From: Candidatus Omnitrophota bacterium
GTDB taxonomy: Bacteria; Omnitrophota; Gorgyraeia; Gygaellales; Profunditerraquicolaceae
NCBI GenBank assembly: GCA_011620275.1
Contig: WOZK01000030.1
Span: forward strand, 6,242-70,241
Length of the DNA stretch: 64,000 bases
Direction of reading: 5' to 3'
Under the pieces are notes generated by a model. It saw only the letters and a program-made list of their open reading frames with translations, was not told the origin of the DNA and searched no databases. Below are positions 60,424 to 64,000 of the stretch, piece after piece. Made by a program: the position numbers and the translations under genes. The first letter of the stretch is position 1, and every line of letters starts with the position of its first letter.

Positions 60424-61131
60424 CTAAAACCGGCGGCGGCTCCTGCTCTCTATTATCGGCAGTACCGCGGATATCCCGCCGACTATCATATCTGCCTTAC
60501 TCAGATATTCGGCAGGCAGGCTGGTGGAAACCGCCACGCAAAAGATTCCGGCGCCGGAAGCTGAGGCGATACCCAGAGGCGCGTTCTCCACCACCAGGCA
60601 TTCCGCCGCTTTGAGACCGAGCAGACGTAAAGCCATTTTATAAGGTTCCGGATGCGGCTTGCCGCGCCTTACTTTATCCCCGGTGACCATAACGTCGAAA
60701 AGCCTGCCGATCCCAGCCGGCAGCATGCGCTTTATCTCAATGCCCGGTGTGCCGCTGACCAGAGCCAGTTTGTAACCGCGCATTTTGAGCTCCCGCAATA
60801 TCCGGAAAGCCCCGGGAAAGAATCTCATCCCCTTAGAATATCTACCGAAAATACGCCTGCGCCGGCGGAAAATACGCTCCAGTAGCTCTCTTGACGGCTT
60901 TATATTATTCTGCGCCAGGAAATCACGCGCGGATTTTTCCCAGCGCTCCCCTTCTCTACAATAGACGTCCAGACAACCGGCTCTCACTCCATAAGGGCGC
61001 AATGTTTCAAACCAGGCTATGAAATGATACGGCATCGAATCCACGATCACCCCGTCGAAGTCGAAAATCACCGCTTTCAAAGGGATGCCCGCGGAACGGG
61101 ACATGTTCTTGAATACGATTTTTTTACTCAT
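60424..61131 (-). CDS. HAD-superfamily phosphatase (beta-PGM-like)
   Basis: FDFDGVIVDS, GKPHPEPY, VVENAPLG. Confidence 0.92.
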   Translation of the reverse strand: MSKKIVFKNMSRSAGIPLKAVIFDFDGVIVDSMPYHFIAWFETLRPYGVRAGCLDVYCREGERWEKSARDFLAQNNIKPSRELLERIFRRRRRIFGRYSKGMRFFPGAFRILRELKMRGYKLALVSGTPGIEIKRMLPAGIGRLFDVMVTGDKVRRGKPHPEPYKMALRLLGLKAAECLVVENAPLGIASASGAGIFCVAVSTSLPAEYLSKADMIVGGISAVLPIIESRSRRRF

Positions 61132-61197
61132 AGGAATATCCGGGGCGGGAGCATAAACGCCGGGCTTTCCCGGCAGGCTGTAGAAGGTTGTTCCGGT

Positions 61198-63030
61198 TTA
61201 TGCGCGGCCGGAGCCGGCTATCATCTCTTTTATTACCGTGTTGAATTCATGTTTAAACAATTCTTCCAGCGGCAGGGGCATTTTCAAAGACCAGTTCTGC
61301 GGACCGACGGTACCGGGGGTATTCAAACGGTAATCATACGGATCTCCCCTCAATATCCCGGCCGGATAAAACCAGTCCAGAAGGGTCTGCACGCAGAAAA
61401 CCGCCCGGGAACGCAGATTCAACGCCAGAGCCTTTCTGCCGAGTCCGGGATCGGCTTTTTCAGCGGGAACGCCGTTCAAGCCGAGCTGCGCCCAGAATTT
61501 ATCTTTTTCTCCGTAAGTATCGGCGTGCATCTTCAATATGTCTCCGACTTCATTCATACGCCTTCCCAGAACGGAAGCAAGCGCGCCCGGATCACTCATG
61601 CCCTGAAGCCAGCGCAGCCTGCCATGCCTCGCGAGAGCCGGATCGAAAAGCAGTCCTTTTATATAACCGTAATCTATTCCTTTCTCGTAGCACTTACGCA
61701 TAAAAAGCCCCTCGTCAACCGTTCCCGCCTCGTTCTCCCACCAGGCGGCGAAGTTGGTGGTATCGTGGGTGGAAAGCATGGAAACCGCGAGGAAACGCTG
61801 CTTTTCAGGCGGAAGGAAATCGTGGAGCACGTCCCAGTCCTTGACCCAGCGCTGCACGTCGTTCCCCGGGATACCGTAATTTTGCAGCGTCTCGGTACAT
61901 ACACGGGGTATCACGCCCAGGTCTTCCGCGCACAACAGCATGTCCGTGTTCTCCAGCATGACGGAGAGGATCTTTCTGCCGTGTTCTCCCCAGGAATTCT
62001 CGTCGCAGGGGTCGAAACTGCCGTGCAACCCCTGGTTTTCCAACGGGTCGCCGTAAGGAATACTCCATATCCTAAACAACCCCACCACATGGTCTACACG
62101 CAGAAGATCGTAAAAATTCTGCGCGTAACGCAGCTTTTCCTTAAGATACCTGTACCCGTCGGATTCGATCCTGTCCCAATCATAAACCGGCATGCCCCAA
62201 CGCTGCCCCTTGGAACAATACATATCCGGGGGGGCCCCGGCGGCCGAATCTAACTTAAAAAACTCCGGGTGCGCCCAAACATCGGCGCTGTCGCGCGAAA
62301 CCAGTATCGGCAGATCTCCTTTCAGCAATACGCCCTTGTCAGCGGCATACTTCTTTACCGCGGTCATCTGCTCAGAAAGACGCCATTGCAGCCATTCCTG
62401 AAACAGCGTTTCCTCTCCATGCTCCCGTTCGAAACGCGCCAGCGCCTCTTTATCGCGGCGGCGGTAAACATCCTCCCAGTCATACCAGGCTTTGCCTTGA
62501 GAATAATACTTGAGGACCTTGAAAAGCGCGAAATCTTTCAGCCAGTATGAGTTATCCTCGCGGAAAGAAGAAAAAGAAACGCCGGCAGTATCCGCCTTTC
62601 CCTTCTCCAAAAACATCTCCCAGAGAAAAGAAAGCTTATCCCACTTCAAGTTATAATCCACGCGCGGCGCTTCCGCGGGAAATTTCTTCCGCAGGGCCCG
62701 GACATACCCGGATGCGAGACGTCCGTCCCCGGAAAAAGAATAATAGAACGGCTCAAGCGCGAAAGAACTTATGGAATCATACGGACAAAAAACGGCCCCC
62801 AGTTCATTCATCGGCAAAAGTTGCAGAATGCTGTTGCCGGTAAAAGAACACCAGTCAACGAGCAGGCGCAGATCGTTTATATCGCCTGCCCCTGCGCTCT
62901 GTGAGGAATAAAGCGAGAAAAGCGGGGCGAGCACTCCCGCCCTGCGCTTCACGCCTATCACGCTCCATTTGGCTCCGGATGCCGAAGCAACCAACGCCTT
63001 TTCTTCTGACGAGAGATCCATAGAATTCAT
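61198..63030 (-). CDS. malQ: 4-alpha-glucanotransferase (GH77); start may be 63021
   Basis: QLLP, KGDLPI, GAPPD, GQRWGMP, RVDHVVGLFR, AEDLG, STHD, NTPG. Confidence 0.95.
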   Translation of the reverse strand: MNSMDLSSEEKALVASASGAKWSVIGVKRRAGVLAPLFSLYSSQSAGAGDINDLRLLVDWCSFTGNSILQLLPMNELGAVFCPYDSISSFALEPFYYSFSGDGRLASGYVRALRKKFPAEAPRVDYNLKWDKLSFLWEMFLEKGKADTAGVSFSSFREDNSYWLKDFALFKVLKYYSQGKAWYDWEDVYRRRDKEALARFEREHGEETLFQEWLQWRLSEQMTAVKKYAADKGVLLKGDLPILVSRDSADVWAHPEFFKLDSAAGAPPDMYCSKGQRWGMPVYDWDRIESDGYRYLKEKLRYAQNFYDLLRVDHVVGLFRIWSIPYGDPLENQGLHGSFDPCDENSWGEHGRKILSVMLENTDMLLCAEDLGVIPRVCTETLQNYGIPGNDVQRWVKDWDVLHDFLPPEKQRFLAVSMLSTHDTTNFAAWWENEAGTVDEGLFMRKCYEKGIDYGYIKGLLFDPALARHGRLRWLQGMSDPGALASVLGRRMNEVGDILKMHADTYGEKDKFWAQLGLNGVPAEKADPGLGRKALALNLRSRAVFCVQTLLDWFYPAGILRGDPYDYRLNTPGTVGPQNWSLKMPLPLEELFKHEFNTVIKEMIAGSGRA

Positions 63031-63031
63031 C

Positions 63032-63053
63032 TCCGGGGACACGATACCTAATT
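63032..63053. repeat. Second copy of the REP-like motif TCCGGGGACACGATACCTAATT
   Basis: 21/22 match to the reverse complement of 16778-16799; both copies lie beside GGCTACGG. Confidence 0.75.
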
Positions 63054-63141
63054 AGGCTACGGCTAAACCCGTTTCGGATTGCGGTCACGGTTAGGTCTTA
63101 AAACCGAATTAACAAAAACTCGCAGGATATTTACGCTACAT

Positions 63142-63170
63142 ATATTATCCGAGGCGCAAACGAAGGTCAA
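63142..63170 (-). promoter_or_regulatory. Candidate sigma70 promoter for malQ
   Basis: TTGACC-17 nt-TAATAT. Confidence 0.45.
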
Positions 63171-63297
63171 TATATAATTATGATCGTATGATCGGGAATG
63201 GGAGAGATGCCGGACGAGACACGAATGTGGATTATGGACCATTGACTTTTTAACCGGGGGGCTTGAAATTTAGGAAGGCGTGTGGCATACTTAGCGT

Positions 63298-63403
63298 AGA
63301 AGTGAAAAAACCAGTCGACATAAGGAGGTCGGCAGATAGCGAAAGCTATTGAGGTTTATCGCCTCCAAAGAAGGCCCTCGAGTCGAAGGGCCTTCTTTGT
63401 TTT
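63298..63403 (+). ncRNA. Candidate stand-alone small RNA
   Basis: TTGAAA-17 nt-CATACT promoter (63263-63291, extended TG), three hairpins, then a 13-bp terminator stem with T tract. Confidence 0.5.
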
Positions 63404-63613
63404 ATGCGGGGACCAGCTCTGAACTGCGGGACTTCATAACCCGCTGTTATTGGCCGCTGGTTCTTGAGCCGGCCGAAAAGGCTTTGAGCAACGGCTTCAG
63501 CGATAGATCAGGGAAGCGCTCGTCAGAAATCACTCTAAAAAAACTTATGCGGGAATTCACCTCTGCCGTGAGCAGTTCAAGCAGTCCACCCTGCCTTTCG
63601 ATTTTCGCACCCG

Positions 63614-64000
63614 TTATGCCGAATTCCGCTTCAAAACCTCCGGGGGGGCAAAGAAACGGACACTGACCTTTATATCGCGGAAATCCACTCCACCAATGAA
63701 ATAATTTGTAAAAGCGATCCCGGAGCCAGGCTCTCCCGCCTGCGCCTCGCAGGAACGCGCCTTCTTGAGCTCCTTCATATATTGCCGGTAAATGGCGACG
63801 GAATGCTCAAAGCCCGCTGTCCGTAGGTTCTGCCCGCCGGCGCAGTACCCGATCCCGGAAAAACCTTCCGGCGAGTTCTCTTTATGCGCTCGAGCCAAAA
63901 TCAACCCTTTATAAACACAGCTCAAAGACGCGTATTCCCTATCCTGGTTCACCCTTCTATTCAATTTCGGCAGAATGACAGTGGTAAAAAGCCCGTCGGC
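63614..64000 (-). CDS. C-terminal part of a hypothetical protein entering from the right edge
   Basis: Frame is open to base 64000 (ADGLFTTVILPKLNRRVNQDREYASL...NYFIGGVDF); possible frameshifted continuation to 63447. Confidence 0.7.
   Translation of the reverse strand, partial: ADGLFTTVILPKLNRRVNQDREYASLSCVYKGLILARAHKENSPEGFSGIGYCAGGQNLRTAGFEHSVAIYRQYMKELKKARSCEAQAGEPGSGIAFTNYFIGGVDFRDIKVSVRFFAPPEVLKRNSA

Noticed and set aside
61024-62253. 409-aa plus-strand ORF
   Set aside because: Antisense to malQ; typical shadow frame in GC-rich coding DNA

Overview
A mostly minus-strand, gene-dense stretch of core bacterial chromosome. Gene content and protein families suggest a diderm bacterium, probably PVC/Omnitrophota-like (inference, not verified). 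It holds lipid A/Kdo genes (waaA, lpxK, an LpxL-ELM1-like fusion), dprA-topA-xerC, aroCK, a Ski2-like helicase, a macrodomain-Nudix fusion, nth, a YdbH/YnbE-YdbL-like pair, a CCA-adding enzyme, nrdR, glyA/rpiB with a TsaC-phosphatase fusion, a purine operon, cspA, tRNA-Phe, pyrG-carA-split carB, an FMN glutamate synthase family gene, a cstA/ttcA/rmuC/pgeF block and malQ. No intact transposase, CRISPR array or rRNA was seen. The most interesting signals are non-coding. (1) A c-di-GMP-I riboswitch with its own promoter and terminator precedes an apparent operon of GH1 glycosidase, cNMP-ATPase-like-patatin, a LeuT-like transporter and a 34-aa membrane peptide. (2) A family of IS200/IS605-end-derived mini-elements follows TTAAT, and one copy carries a multi-hairpin interior. 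(3) A candidate stand-alone sRNA lies near 63.3 kb. (4) Duplicated tRNA-Phe 3' ends suggest old integrations. (5) Attenuator-like leaders precede cspA, pyrG and the glutamate synthase gene.
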